Under the pieces are notes generated by a model. That model made no database searches. It saw only the letters and a list, made by a program, of their open reading frames with translations, and had not been told where the DNA came from. A program made the translations under genes and the position numbers. A stretch of 64,000 nucleotides of DNA, from NCBI GenBank assembly GCA_963719505.1, contig CAVRCF010000005.1, forward strand, positions 576,001-640,000. Reading direction: 5' to 3'. Position 1 is the stretch's first letter. Every line of letters begins with the position of its first letter. The DNA is from Halobacteriovoraceae bacterium (GTDB lineage Bacteria > Bdellovibrionota > Bacteriovoracia > Bacteriovoracales > Bacteriovoracaceae). Below are positions 1-9,542 of this stretch, piece after piece.

Positions 1-953
1 TCATTGTAATTGACTATTGATTTGGTTACAAGTGGCTCTTTTGATTTTCTTTTTACCTCATCATCTGTGTAAGAGCCAAGATACAACCCTTTTTTACCAA
101 CTGTCACCAAAGCTAAATCGCATATTTCAAGCACCTTTTCAGTGGCCAGTAAATGATCTTCAATACCAGTTAAAGCGAGAGCTTCTTGTTGGTTCATGGC
201 AAGAGCGGTGACGTATTCATTTATAAATGAATTTAAAAATTCTTTTCTAGCTTCAACCAAGTCACTGGTTCCAAGTGACATGACAACCGGAACTCTGCTC
301 TCTTTTGCAATCTGACAGGCCTTTATCGTTGCTCCAAAAACAGGATCATTTTCATTTCTTAAAGTATAAGCTGAAATCAAAAGTGCAGCTGATTTTGAAA
401 TAATCTTTACAGGAATCGATTCCGCAGTGAGATCGTTCATACAGCCTTTACTAATGGCAAATGTTCTCTCTAAGTCGGGAGTAATAAAGCATAGAGCTCT
501 TCCCATGGGCTTCTCACTGGGCTGGAGATAAGACATATCGACCAGACCACTGGTTTTAGAAAGGTATTTAAAAGCATAGTCGCCAACTTCAATCTGTCTT
601 TTAATTGACCCAAGAGCATAGCTTGAGACATCACTGAGAACGGAATAGTTATGAAGTGTATTTCCAATGGCGCCACCGGGATACTCTCCCGTTACCTTTC
701 CAAGTTTTTTATATTCAGCGTAGATTGAATCGGCGAGTTCATCTTCTATTATAAAAGATTGGCCTTTAGAGAATTTATGTTGATTTAAAAAGTCATCCGT
801 TACTTCTATTTCAATATCTACTAAGAGCTGATCGATGCCTACAACATAGACATCTGATTTAGACATATCGAGATCGTTAAAAAGCAAAGTTGATCTGTCT
901 TTTTCAGTGACCGGAAAGTAATGTTTTGTATTACGACGTCCTGGAAACTTCAT
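1..953 (-). CDS. gsk: Inosine/guanosine kinase (PfkB family), 3' end runs off the window
   Basis: Not in the ORF track because it has no stop inside the window. Manual translation from ATG 953 gives MKFPGRRNTKHYFPV...VVGIDQLLVDIE...PGGAIGNTLHNYSVLS...CFITPDLERTFAISKG, matching enterobacterial Gsk (MKFPGKRKSKHYFPV). Confidence 0.9.
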   Translation of the reverse strand, partial: MKFPGRRNTKHYFPVTEKDRSTLLFNDLDMSKSDVYVVGIDQLLVDIEIEVTDDFLNQHKFSKGQSFIIEDELADSIYAEYKKLGKVTGEYPGGAIGNTLHNYSVLSDVSSYALGSIKRQIEVGDYAFKYLSKTSGLVDMSYLQPSEKPMGRALCFITPDLERTFAISKGCMNDLTAESIPVKIISKSAALLISAYTLRNENDPVFGATIKACQIAKESRVPVVMSLGTSDLVEARKEFLNSFINEYVTALAMNQQEALALTGIEDHLLATEKVLEICDLALVTVGKKGLYLGSYTDDEVKRKSKEPLVTKSIVNYN

Positions 954-1079
954 ATAACCCCTGCAAAATTCTTTAAAAGTAGTCTTAATTCAATAAGATA
1001 CATACCTTTTGTTGCACCGATTAGACAAGAAAAACAATTTTGTGGTATTTTTTACAAAACTATAAAACAGGACCCTAAT

Positions 1080-1877
1080 ATGAGTGACTTTCCTATTTTC
1101 AAGTATTTTGCACCTAAAGAGCCTTTTATTGGAATTGTCTCTATTCCACATTCTGGGGAATTTATCCCAGAGGAGTTCAAACCATTTCTAACAGACAATT
1201 TAAAGGCTTTGGCCTGTGATGTTGATTTTAAAGTCGATGAATTAGTTGATATCGAAAAGTTAAATAAAGCCGGTATCGCAGTCATCGTCTCTACGATCCA
1301 CAGGACTTGTGTCGACTTAAACCGACCGGAGCAATCAGCGGTCTTAAATTGGAAGTCTAACTCTAAAGGCGAAAAACTTGTTGTCGCTGAGCCAGATGCA
1401 AAACTAAAAAGTCTTTTTGAGTCTAAGTACCATATTCCATACTTTGAAATGCTCAAGACGATGATTCATGAGCTGAAAAAGAAGGTAAAGCTTCCCATCT
1501 CTTTTATTGATCTTCACAGCATGCCATCAAAGCCCACTGAGTATCATCTTAAAATTACCCCAAATCAGCCTCTCGTGCGTCCAGACTTTTGTGTTAGTGA
1601 TATTGAAGGTTTATCTTGTTCAAAACAATTCATTGATTCGATCTGCAAAGAGCTTGAAGGGTTCTCTTCAAATGTGACTCAAAATATTCCCTACTATGGC
1701 GGTCATATCACAAGGTATATAAACGAGACTTATACGGATATCAATAATATTCAAATAGAAATTAGTCGCGCAATATACATGGATGAAGAGGATAAAGTTT
1801 TAATCGATGATCTTGTGAATCCCTTAAAAAAGAATTTAACTCAATCTCTTATTAGCTTTTTTCAGACTAATCTATAA
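1080..1877 (+). CDS. N-formylglutamate amidohydrolase family protein
   Basis: Motifs SIPHSG, D-x-x-VD, RTCVDLNR, YHIPY, DLHSMPS, PDFCVSD, NIPYYGGHIT, IQIEISRAIYMDE. ATG 1080 preferred because 921 would overlap gsk. Confidence 0.85.
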   Translation: MSDFPIFKYFAPKEPFIGIVSIPHSGEFIPEEFKPFLTDNLKALACDVDFKVDELVDIEKLNKAGIAVIVSTIHRTCVDLNRPEQSAVLNWKSNSKGEKLVVAEPDAKLKSLFESKYHIPYFEMLKTMIHELKKKVKLPISFIDLHSMPSKPTEYHLKITPNQPLVRPDFCVSDIEGLSCSKQFIDSICKELEGFSSNVTQNIPYYGGHITRYINETYTDINNIQIEISRAIYMDEEDKVLIDDLVNPLKKNLTQSLISFFQTNL

Positions 1878-3090
1878 TAAGAGTATTTTTTCTTTTACGC
1901 TTATTTTTCTTCGCTTCTTCTAAGAGAATTTTTAGCTTTTGCTGCTCCGTTAATTCAACGGGCTTATCAACTTCAACTTTCTTCCTCAAAAGCTCTTTTT
2001 GCTCTCTTTTAACTTCAAGTTCAATATCTCTTTTAAGCTTAACATCATCACTAAGGTTTAGGTTATCTATAGATTTGTTAGTAAAGGTTTGACCGTACTT
2101 TTGCAAAGCAAACTGATAAAGGGCTTCCAACTGCTTTTGATTGCCTTTACCTTTTTCTAAGTTTTCAATCATCTCGATAATATAGCTTTTATTATCATTT
2201 GCATGAGTCCATGCAGAGAGTAAGAAAAGCATTCCTCTATGATCAATTTGCTCAACATACTCCAAATTCTTATATTCTAAATAGAGAATTTTTGCCAGTC
2301 TATCACTTCCACCACGAAATTTAACTTCATTTAGAAATTTATATCTCACAAGCTTAGACTCTTCATTATTTCTCTCCGTCAATAGGATAAAGGAATAAAT
2401 GAGTCCTCGGGAATACGTTAAAATCATCTCGGTGATGTAATCTTTATTCTTTGAATCCAACTCAATGATTGCCGTACTTGTTCCCTTGACTAAAGAATAA
2501 CTGAGGTATCTTTCAGGTAAAACTTTTGATCTAAGCTGAATAAGGTAGAGGTTATAAACCATCTCCTTGAAGGTAATATTCCAACCTTCAATCTTCTTGG
2601 TAAAGATATCTCTCCATAAGTCTTCTCTTGAAAATGATTTTAACTCTTTTTGAATAAGTGGCAGTTTAAAAAGCTCTTGAGATTTTATGACATTTGGAAA
2701 GAGCCTATTTTTTAGAAAATAGAGCTTTGATATATCTCGATTACTTTCACTGTGAAGTCTTAAACCAAAACTTGTTGAACGAGATTGCTCGTCATAGCTC
2801 AAAACAGGTGAAACATAGAAAAAAGGATTCTTTACCGGCATTGGGATGACAACATCCATAAAGTGAAATTTTTGCCAAAGGTCTGCATTTCCAAGCTCTT
2901 TTGAGTCCCCCGCAATTAATTCACCAGGAAGCAGGTAACTTTTCTTGAAATCCGGTAGCGAGTACCATTTAGAGTCGTAATCATTATTGAGTATTTTATT
3001 ATAATAGTAGTAAGGAGAAACAAAGATAATTGCTGCGCCTGAGATTGCCAGTACTAAAAGAAAAGTGAGAGCGAGGATAAAATTCTTCAT
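1867..3090 (-). CDS. Hypothetical protein with N-terminal membrane anchor
   Basis: 407-aa ORF with hydrophobic N-terminus and charged helical C-terminus. Confidence 0.7.
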   Translation of the reverse strand: MKNFILALTFLLVLAISGAAIIFVSPYYYYNKILNNDYDSKWYSLPDFKKSYLLPGELIAGDSKELGNADLWQKFHFMDVVIPMPVKNPFFYVSPVLSYDEQSRSTSFGLRLHSESNRDISKLYFLKNRLFPNVIKSQELFKLPLIQKELKSFSREDLWRDIFTKKIEGWNITFKEMVYNLYLIQLRSKVLPERYLSYSLVKGTSTAIIELDSKNKDYITEMILTYSRGLIYSFILLTERNNEESKLVRYKFLNEVKFRGGSDRLAKILYLEYKNLEYVEQIDHRGMLFLLSAWTHANDNKSYIIEMIENLEKGKGNQKQLEALYQFALQKYGQTFTNKSIDNLNLSDDVKLKRDIELEVKREQKELLRKKVEVDKPVELTEQQKLKILLEEAKKNKRKRKNTLIID

Positions 3091-3139
3091 AATAGTCGTA
3101 TTATTAACAGCTTATCACAGAATGAAGTAAAAATAATCC

Positions 3140-3167
3140 TAAATATTATTCACTTATCCTCCGATAG
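3140..3167 (+). promoter_or_regulatory. Putative sigma28/FliA promoter
   Basis: TAAA-N16-TCCGATAG, about 25 nt before ATG 3193; consensus is TAAA-N15-GCCGATAA. Confidence 0.5.
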
Positions 3168-3192
3168 GTTAAGTAGAAAACCAGAGGTTATT

Positions 3193-3930
3193 ATGAAATT
3201 TACAATGTTTTTGTTCCTACTTTCTTTTATCATCACCAGTTGTGATGCTCCTGTGCGTACAAGAGTTGATACAAGTGATGCTTATGGATCCAACTCAAAT
3301 GCCAGCGGAAATGGAGATGGAACAGTGACTAATCCAGATACAACACCTGGTAATGGCGTTGTTACAGGCGGAGAGGGTCAAGGATCAGGATCAGACAGTG
3401 ATAATTTTCCTGGCTGCGAATACTTAAGCCCACAATATAATGGTGGCTCACTTGGATATTTTGGACTTTGCCAAGGCATTGACCAAAGACAGTTTAAAAC
3501 AATACTAGCTGAAACAATGTCTATTTGTTACGTGCCTGTCCATATCTTAAATAGTGGAAACTCTTTCAAGCTTGGTAAAGCTGAATGTGTAACAGCCCCA
3601 CAGCCAGACAAGGTTTACTACATGACACTTAATAAAGAGGGTGTCGCGCCAAACTACAATAATCCAAGACCTGAAGCCGTCAATGGAGTCATGGTTATAA
3701 AACCAGGCTCTTTAAACGCTTATATGGGTTGTATGAATGCAAAAGAGGACTTCTTCGTAGCGGCTCCTAATTGTTGCTTTAATAAAGTCTACAATCCAAC
3801 AACGAATAGATACAACTGTGCTCAGCCTAATCCAGCTTGTGAGCAAGCTGCAAATCAAGAAGCAAGCTACAGATGCGGCATGTTTGTTCAAAATCACTCG
3901 GACAACTACAGACAAGTTGATTTTAGATAA
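3193..3930 (+). CDS. Cys-rich lipoprotein, hypothetical
   Basis: Lipobox ITSC, G/S/D/N-rich linker, many Cys in the C-terminal domain, GAGG RBS. Confidence 0.75.
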   Translation: MKFTMFLFLLSFIITSCDAPVRTRVDTSDAYGSNSNASGNGDGTVTNPDTTPGNGVVTGGEGQGSGSDSDNFPGCEYLSPQYNGGSLGYFGLCQGIDQRQFKTILAETMSICYVPVHILNSGNSFKLGKAECVTAPQPDKVYYMTLNKEGVAPNYNNPRPEAVNGVMVIKPGSLNAYMGCMNAKEDFFVAAPNCCFNKVYNPTTNRYNCAQPNPACEQAANQEASYRCGMFVQNHSDNYRQVDFR

Positions 3931-4824
3931 TCAGTTTGGAATTTTTCTATTCTTTTTCTCGCCTACGGCATAGAACTTATAGAGCCCATCATCAATAGAG
4001 GGGAAAGTCACCACTGGCATGAGTGCACTGTCTTTTGAATTTGGAATTTCAACACTTAAACAAATAACAATATAGAAAAATGCCTTTCCACTTTTTTGAA
4101 AACTTTTTATAAAAGTAAAGATCTTATCTCCAACATCATCAATCGTATGAAACTCTGAATCTGGCTCATCGAGAGTTAATGTTATGTAATCGTCATAGAG
4201 AGGAAACTGCTCGAAAGGAATATCACTTTCAGATCGTCTCTCGAGAAGATCTGCGAGATACTCAGACTTTTTTAGATCCATATCCTCTATCAACTCAGAA
4301 GGCAAAGTAATGTCTTCTAACTCACCATCATTGGATTCAAGTTCTAGTTCGTTTGAACTTTCAGGACTAGTAAAAACTTCGTTATCGTAAGCCTTGCCGC
4401 GTTTATAGGCTTTGACCAGCTCAATAGATGCCGTCAGTGTTTTAAAAAAAACGAACGCCGGTTCTCCTTCATAATAAGAACAAATCAAAATATAAAACAA
4501 CCCACCTTCAAGGGGATGAATATGAGTAAAGTACTCTTCTCCTAGGTCATTCTTCTCAGACCAAACTTCACTGGCACCATATAGAGCTTCTTCAAAAAGT
4601 TCTTTATCGTGGAATATATCTGGTTCCACTTCATCTGGTAAGATCCCAAGGCTCTCCCTTAGTGTTACTTCCTCCCGATCAAATGCTTCCATATATGGAG
4701 TAAAGAACTTCACAATACAATCCTCTGAGCAAAAGCCCCTTTTGGACTCCTCAACGAAAAGAAGATCTTCAATCTTAGAGACTTTCTGCCTGCAACTGTT
4801 ACAAAAATAGAGTTTTTTACTCAT
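3931..4824 (-). CDS. Hypothetical protein: N-terminal Cys4 zinc finger plus an internally duplicated domain
   Basis: CNSC...FCSEDC followed by two alignable repeats (see findings). AAGGAG RBS. Confidence 0.75.
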   Translation of the reverse strand: MSKKLYFCNSCRQKVSKIEDLLFVEESKRGFCSEDCIVKFFTPYMEAFDREEVTLRESLGILPDEVEPDIFHDKELFEEALYGASEVWSEKNDLGEEYFTHIHPLEGGLFYILICSYYEGEPAFVFFKTLTASIELVKAYKRGKAYDNEVFTSPESSNELELESNDGELEDITLPSELIEDMDLKKSEYLADLLERRSESDIPFEQFPLYDDYITLTLDEPDSEFHTIDDVGDKIFTFIKSFQKSGKAFFYIVICLSVEIPNSKDSALMPVVTFPSIDDGLYKFYAVGEKKNRKIPN

Positions 4825-4963
4825 CTAATTCTTCTCCTTGTATCAAACTTTACCATAAATCAGATGGTTAACCCTGCCTTCCTAAAGGGTGGAAAAATTC
4901 TCCACCTCAAAAAAGAGATCAAAAAGGAATAGAATTAGAGGGTAAGTTAAATGCAGGAGGCAA

Positions 4964-5287
4964 ATGACAACAACAACGAATTTCATCCCTAAACCAAATC
5001 TCAAAAATGAAATGAAAAGCTACCTCAGCTTAGCAAGCTCTGGACACTTTCCACTATTCTTTAAGGAATGGTTAGAAGAGGGAGTCAATTCTGGTGGCCC
5101 AATGAGCTTCCAAGTCGCCAATAGAAACGTGCGTGATACCTTCAAAAAGCTCTCTCGTCACAGAACTGAACAGAAAAAAAAGACTGCACTTACAGGTCTA
5201 AAAAAAGAAGAAAGAGATATCTTTGTAAAATCATTTATCAAGGTTGTTGAACATAATCTTCTTAAGGATATGAAAACACTTCATTAA
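4964..5287 (+). CDS. Hypothetical protein
   Basis: AGGAGG RBS; stop overlaps the next start (TAATG). Confidence 0.75.
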   Translation: MTTTTNFIPKPNLKNEMKSYLSLASSGHFPLFFKEWLEEGVNSGGPMSFQVANRNVRDTFKKLSRHRTEQKKKTALTGLKKEERDIFVKSFIKVVEHNLLKDMKTLH

Positions 5288-5574
5288 TGAAAGCTCTCTC
5301 AACTCTCCTATTGGCAGCATCACTAAATATTGCTCATGCTGAGTATAGAGTCTACCAATACGTTATTAAAAATAAAGTCGCTACTTCTAAGAATTCTGAA
5401 GGTGTCATCGTTCAATCAACATTAGATCCCACAAGTTATATTGCCTATAACGGAGGATCTACTCTTGTGGCCATTGACCTTGTTAGAACATGGATTTGCC
5501 CCGGCAATACTGGTCAGCATAAAGACACATGTCCATCTCCTTATAAAAAATTAACAGCGGAGATGATCAAGTGA
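5287..5574 (+). CDS. Small secreted hypothetical protein
   Basis: Signal peptide ending AHA, two Cys; translationally coupled on both sides. Confidence 0.7.
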   Translation: MKALSTLLLAASLNIAHAEYRVYQYVIKNKVATSKNSEGVIVQSTLDPTSYIAYNGGSTLVAIDLVRTWICPGNTGQHKDTCPSPYKKLTAEMIK

Positions 5575-6746
5575 GACTAAAAAATGACCTCGATTTAAGA
5601 AGTGCCCAGCAAGATCACAAAACGGAGATGAAAAGACTAATATCTCATCAACAAAACGAACTTGAGGCAACGAAAAATAAACACGAAAATCAAAAAATAA
5701 ACTTGAAATCAACTCAAAAAGATCAACTTCACTTACAAAAAGTGAATCATGATAATAAAATGGCTTTAGAATCAATAAAAAATGAAAAGACCTTGGGCAA
5801 GCTCCAAGAAAATCTCGATACTGTAAAAGAGAGAATTGAAAAAACTAAAAGTGACTTGCAACAAAAACAAGAACTAGAAGTAAAAAGTCAAAAAGCTTTA
5901 CACGAAGCTAAAATTGCTAAAAGCTCCCAGTACAATACATTAAAAATGGCTGAAGCAAATGATGTTACAACTGAAGAAATTAATAAGCTCAGAGACCGAT
6001 ATGTAAGTGAAAAAAACGCGATAAAAACTCAAGGTCAAACCGAGAAAGCTCTTATAAAAGCGGAGCAAAAAGGTGAAAAAGCACTTTCAAAAGAGGTCTT
6101 TGCCAAACGATACAATAGTATGCAAGATGAAAATGCACGTGCCCTATTCAAAATAAAAGTCGATCACGAAAAAGTAAAAAATGCTGAAGAAAGAAAAAAT
6201 CTAAAAGAGATCACACAAAGAAGAGAAATCTATGGTGATCAAATGAACAAGATAGAAGAAAATGGACTAGAAGCAAAAAAGACTCGAGAACTAGAGTTTG
6301 AAAAGAAATTTCAAGCTCAATATAAAAAGCATGAAGAACTCGCAAAGACCTTGATGAGAAATAAAGAAAAGATAGTGAAAGAATTCACTGATGAGCTTAC
6401 TCAAAAGTTCACTCTTGGGGTCGATAAAAAAGATGACGATTTCTACCAGTTTGGGAAACTAGATGTCGACATTTCTGAAAATAAAAATGGCGATGGCTAT
6501 GAAATAACGATACCTGTCGGAGAACACGAAGCAGATAAAATAAAACTTGCCGGAGAAGGCAGAGAGATTCGAGTCACCATGGAGCGAGAATACTCAGACG
6601 TTATTTCGGATGAGGGTGAAGTGGACAAAATGAGTAAAATTGAAACCTTCACAGCAAAAAGAAACGTTGAAGACATCTTGGATGAAAAAACTGTTTCTAA
6701 AAGCTATGAAGGCGGTACTTTAAAGTTTAGTATTCTAAAAGCTTAA
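5571..6746 (+). CDS. Long coiled-coil protein with C-terminal Hsp20/alpha-crystallin-like domain
   Basis: About 285 aa of K/E/Q-rich heptads, then GYEITIPV...IKL...IRVT...SYEGGTLKFSILK. Confidence 0.65.
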   Translation: MRLKNDLDLRSAQQDHKTEMKRLISHQQNELEATKNKHENQKINLKSTQKDQLHLQKVNHDNKMALESIKNEKTLGKLQENLDTVKERIEKTKSDLQQKQELEVKSQKALHEAKIAKSSQYNTLKMAEANDVTTEEINKLRDRYVSEKNAIKTQGQTEKALIKAEQKGEKALSKEVFAKRYNSMQDENARALFKIKVDHEKVKNAEERKNLKEITQRREIYGDQMNKIEENGLEAKKTRELEFEKKFQAQYKKHEELAKTLMRNKEKIVKEFTDELTQKFTLGVDKKDDDFYQFGKLDVDISENKNGDGYEITIPVGEHEADKIKLAGEGREIRVTMEREYSDVISDEGEVDKMSKIETFTAKRNVEDILDEKTVSKSYEGGTLKFSILKA

Positions 6747-7786
6747 TCTAAATAACCACGCTTTTGCTGGTCTCTTTCAATTGATCTAAAAAGTGCACCA
6801 AAGTTTCCTTCACCAAATGATTGATGATTTTTTCTTTGAATAATCTCTATAAAAATAGGACCAATAACATTTTTTGTGAAGATCTGAAGGATATACCCTG
6901 TCTCATCTCCATCAACTAGAATTTGGAGATCTTGAAGTTTCTTTTGATCCTCTGACACGTTTGGAAGTCTCTCAAAGACTTCATCATAATACTGATCATC
7001 AATATCTAAACACGTGATACCAGCTTTTTGAATGCCTGAAACAGACTTTATAATATCATCTGTCAAAAAGGCTATATGCTGGACTCCGGGTCCTTTATAC
7101 TCTTCTAAATATTCCGCGATCTGTGACTTAGGATCAGTCGCCTCGTTAATAGGAATACAGAAGCTTCCATCTGGAGAACGAAGGGCAAAGGATTGAAGAC
7201 CTGTTTTAACGCCTTTGATGTCAAAGTATCTTACTTCTTCGAATCCAAAGATTCCTTTATAGAAGTCTGACCATTTCTCAAGCTCACCTTTATCGACGTT
7301 ATTTGTTAAGTGATCAATGACAGTAAAGCCAAGGCTTTCAACAATTTCAGGTTTGTCTAATTTTTTGAAGCCCATTTTTTCATAACGATCGCCATCAGAA
7401 AAATTATCCATCAAATAGATATTGCTTTCGCCAATTCCTTTAATTGTAGGTATCGCTTCACCTGAAACGGTGTAATCAGTGTTTTCACTTGCGACAGCAC
7501 CACGCTCAATAGCGGTTTCGAATGCTTTTTTTGAATCTTTCACTCTCCAACCCATAGAACTTACGCAAGGCCCATGAGCTTTAAAGAAATCGTTACCAAA
7601 TGTTTGTGGTTCGTAATTAAGAAGGAAAACAATATCATTTTGCTGATAAAGATCGATCTTTTTGGATTCGTGTCTCATCAGTTTTGAAAAGCCAAAAGCT
7701 TTAAAAAGATTACTAAGAGCTTCAGGTTCATTAGAACTAAATTCTGTAAACTCAATTCCACATAAGTCTAAATAGTTGTTTGCCAT
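6743..7786 (-). CDS. hppD: 4-hydroxyphenylpyruvate dioxygenase
   Basis: GIEFTEF, HGPCVSSM, IDHLTNNV, SQIAEYL, GPGVQHIA, ILQIFT, GFGEGNFGALFRSIERDQ-like C-terminus. Confidence 0.97.
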   Translation of the reverse strand: MANNYLDLCGIEFTEFSSNEPEALSNLFKAFGFSKLMRHESKKIDLYQQNDIVFLLNYEPQTFGNDFFKAHGPCVSSMGWRVKDSKKAFETAIERGAVASENTDYTVSGEAIPTIKGIGESNIYLMDNFSDGDRYEKMGFKKLDKPEIVESLGFTVIDHLTNNVDKGELEKWSDFYKGIFGFEEVRYFDIKGVKTGLQSFALRSPDGSFCIPINEATDPKSQIAEYLEEYKGPGVQHIAFLTDDIIKSVSGIQKAGITCLDIDDQYYDEVFERLPNVSEDQKKLQDLQILVDGDETGYILQIFTKNVIGPIFIEIIQRKNHQSFGEGNFGALFRSIERDQQKRGYLD

Positions 7787-7804
7787 CTCATTTCCTTTTA
7801 TTAG

Positions 7805-8959
7805 TTATTTGATCTTTTTTATTAAAAAATACTGGTTACCTAAAAACTTCAAGTGGTTGGCTACAAATTCTGCTTTCTTACCGAAACCAAAATAGAGGTC
7901 ACTTCTGGCATTTCCTTTAATCGCTCCCCCAGTGTCTTGGTTAATCATAAAGCGAGAGAAATTTTCAGTTATGACTTCACCTTGCTCGTTTAAACTTACT
8001 GGTTTTTTTGTTTGAATAAAGTTAATGAGGCCATACTCTTGATATTTTCTATAGTCAGTCGCTAGCGAGCGATTTTCAGTCAAAGGAATATTTCTTACCC
8101 CAAGAGGCTCATCCTTAGTGACCTTAAAAAACACATAACTAGGGCATGATGCCATGACAGCTCTTTCATCACCAGGATTTTCTTCAAGATACTGTCTTTG
8201 GTGAGCTATACTTGTCTTTCCCGGCTCAAGCATACCCTGCTCGTTCATATACTTATACAGCATATTAAATTTTAACTTATTGGTTCCAGCATAACTAAGA
8301 TAGAACGACGAAACACTTCCATCTTCATTTGTGACCTGCACTCTTCCGCCACCTTCGACATGAAGAAGCCAAATATCATAGCGGCTCTCTTTGACATAAA
8401 ATAGCTCTAAGTTTTTTCCATCAAGCTTACCCTCGAAGTCAATCTGCTCGCGACTAAGAGATCTAAAATCAGACTTTACAGGCATTGCATAAATTGGGTT
8501 TTTAAAGATGTCAGTCTTTACCTTTGAACCGATAAGGTCAGGTGAATAATACGAAGTAAAAAGCGTTTTACCTGTTTTAAATCCAGCTTCAGATTGCGAG
8601 GGCTTTGGTTTATAGAGAGCGAATTCTTTATTGATTTTTGAGCTTAGGTCTTGATAGCAGTCTGTAGAAACATCAGTACCGAGACATGTTTTAGCCTCCA
8701 AGACATACTTTTTAAAAAGGTCGAGAGAGCCTTTCAAGTTTTGACGAGTATAGAAAAGTGTCCCAAGTTTAAACTTTGTCTTCAGGGTAGGATATTTAGA
8801 TAATTGCTCAAGCTGTCTATCGATGGCTAAAAGCATATTGTCGAAGTTTAAATCGTCCGAAAATTCAATCGTTTCATATACTCTTTGGGTAGGGCCCATC
8901 TTACTTACTGAAGCTGAAACCCCAAAAGCCACGATGAACATCGCAATCAAATAACGCAT
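7805..8959 (-). CDS. mltA: Membrane-bound lytic murein transglycosylase A family
   Basis: FTSYYSP, LHVEGGG, PSYVFF, PLG...PLT..RSLATD, QDTGGAIKG..RSDLYFG. Confidence 0.92.
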   Translation of the reverse strand: MRYLIAMFIVAFGVSASVSKMGPTQRVYETIEFSDDLNFDNMLLAIDRQLEQLSKYPTLKTKFKLGTLFYTRQNLKGSLDLFKKYVLEAKTCLGTDVSTDCYQDLSSKINKEFALYKPKPSQSEAGFKTGKTLFTSYYSPDLIGSKVKTDIFKNPIYAMPVKSDFRSLSREQIDFEGKLDGKNLELFYVKESRYDIWLLHVEGGGRVQVTNEDGSVSSFYLSYAGTNKLKFNMLYKYMNEQGMLEPGKTSIAHQRQYLEENPGDERAVMASCPSYVFFKVTKDEPLGVRNIPLTENRSLATDYRKYQEYGLINFIQTKKPVSLNEQGEVITENFSRFMINQDTGGAIKGNARSDLYFGFGKKAEFVANHLKFLGNQYFLIKKIK

Positions 8960-9032
8960 AGCACTCCTCTTCTCTAAAATATTAAAAATTTAAGATAGAA
9001 AATGCGTATCAACCTGTCAATTAACCCTGTAA

Positions 9033-9542
9033 TTATAGAGTTTTACCCATAAAATGAAGTTCTAAACCATTGAATTCTCTAGTCGATTCATAGGTATAAT
9101 TATTTTTTAAGTAGAAGCTTCTATTTCTAGCTTTAGGGCCTGTAATAAGATGAACACCGGCTGAACATTTGTCCTCAAAAAAAGCTAAAAGTTTTGAACC
9201 AACGCCCAAGCCTCTACAATGAGAAGAGAGGTTAATATGGAGATGGGCAGGGAACTTGAGATACAAGTCTTCAAAAAGTGAATAGTGGGGCAACAATTGA
9301 TACAAGTCTTTGTCTGTAAGTGAATGAGGGCTTCCACAAATATAGCCAAGGATATGATCACCATCGCTCGCTATAAAAAAATATTCAGGATAGTTCTCTT
9401 TGTAAAAACCTAAATATTTAAAGAGAAAGTCCCTTTTTTGCTTATCATCAACAAATGTCTTTTTAGCCGAGCTTTCAAAGAAGATTTCTACGATTGAGCT
9501 CCAACTTTTAGGACTGTTTAAAATGGAATTAATCTCTAACAT
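9033..9542 (-). CDS. GNAT N-acetyltransferase
   Basis: FPAHLHINL, CRGLGVGSKL (acetyl-CoA motif A), FY.KN.Y. Confidence 0.85.
   Translation of the reverse strand: MLEINSILNSPKSWSSIVEIFFESSAKKTFVDDKQKRDFLFKYLGFYKENYPEYFFIASDGDHILGYICGSPHSLTDKDLYQLLPHYSLFEDLYLKFPAHLHINLSSHCRGLGVGSKLLAFFEDKCSAGVHLITGPKARNRSFYLKNNYTYESTREFNGLELHFMGKTL

Noticed and set aside
921-1079. N-terminal extension of the amidohydrolase, and similar long starts in the ORF track
   Set aside because: It overlaps the divergent gsk start; downstream starts fit the domain boundaries and RBS positions better.
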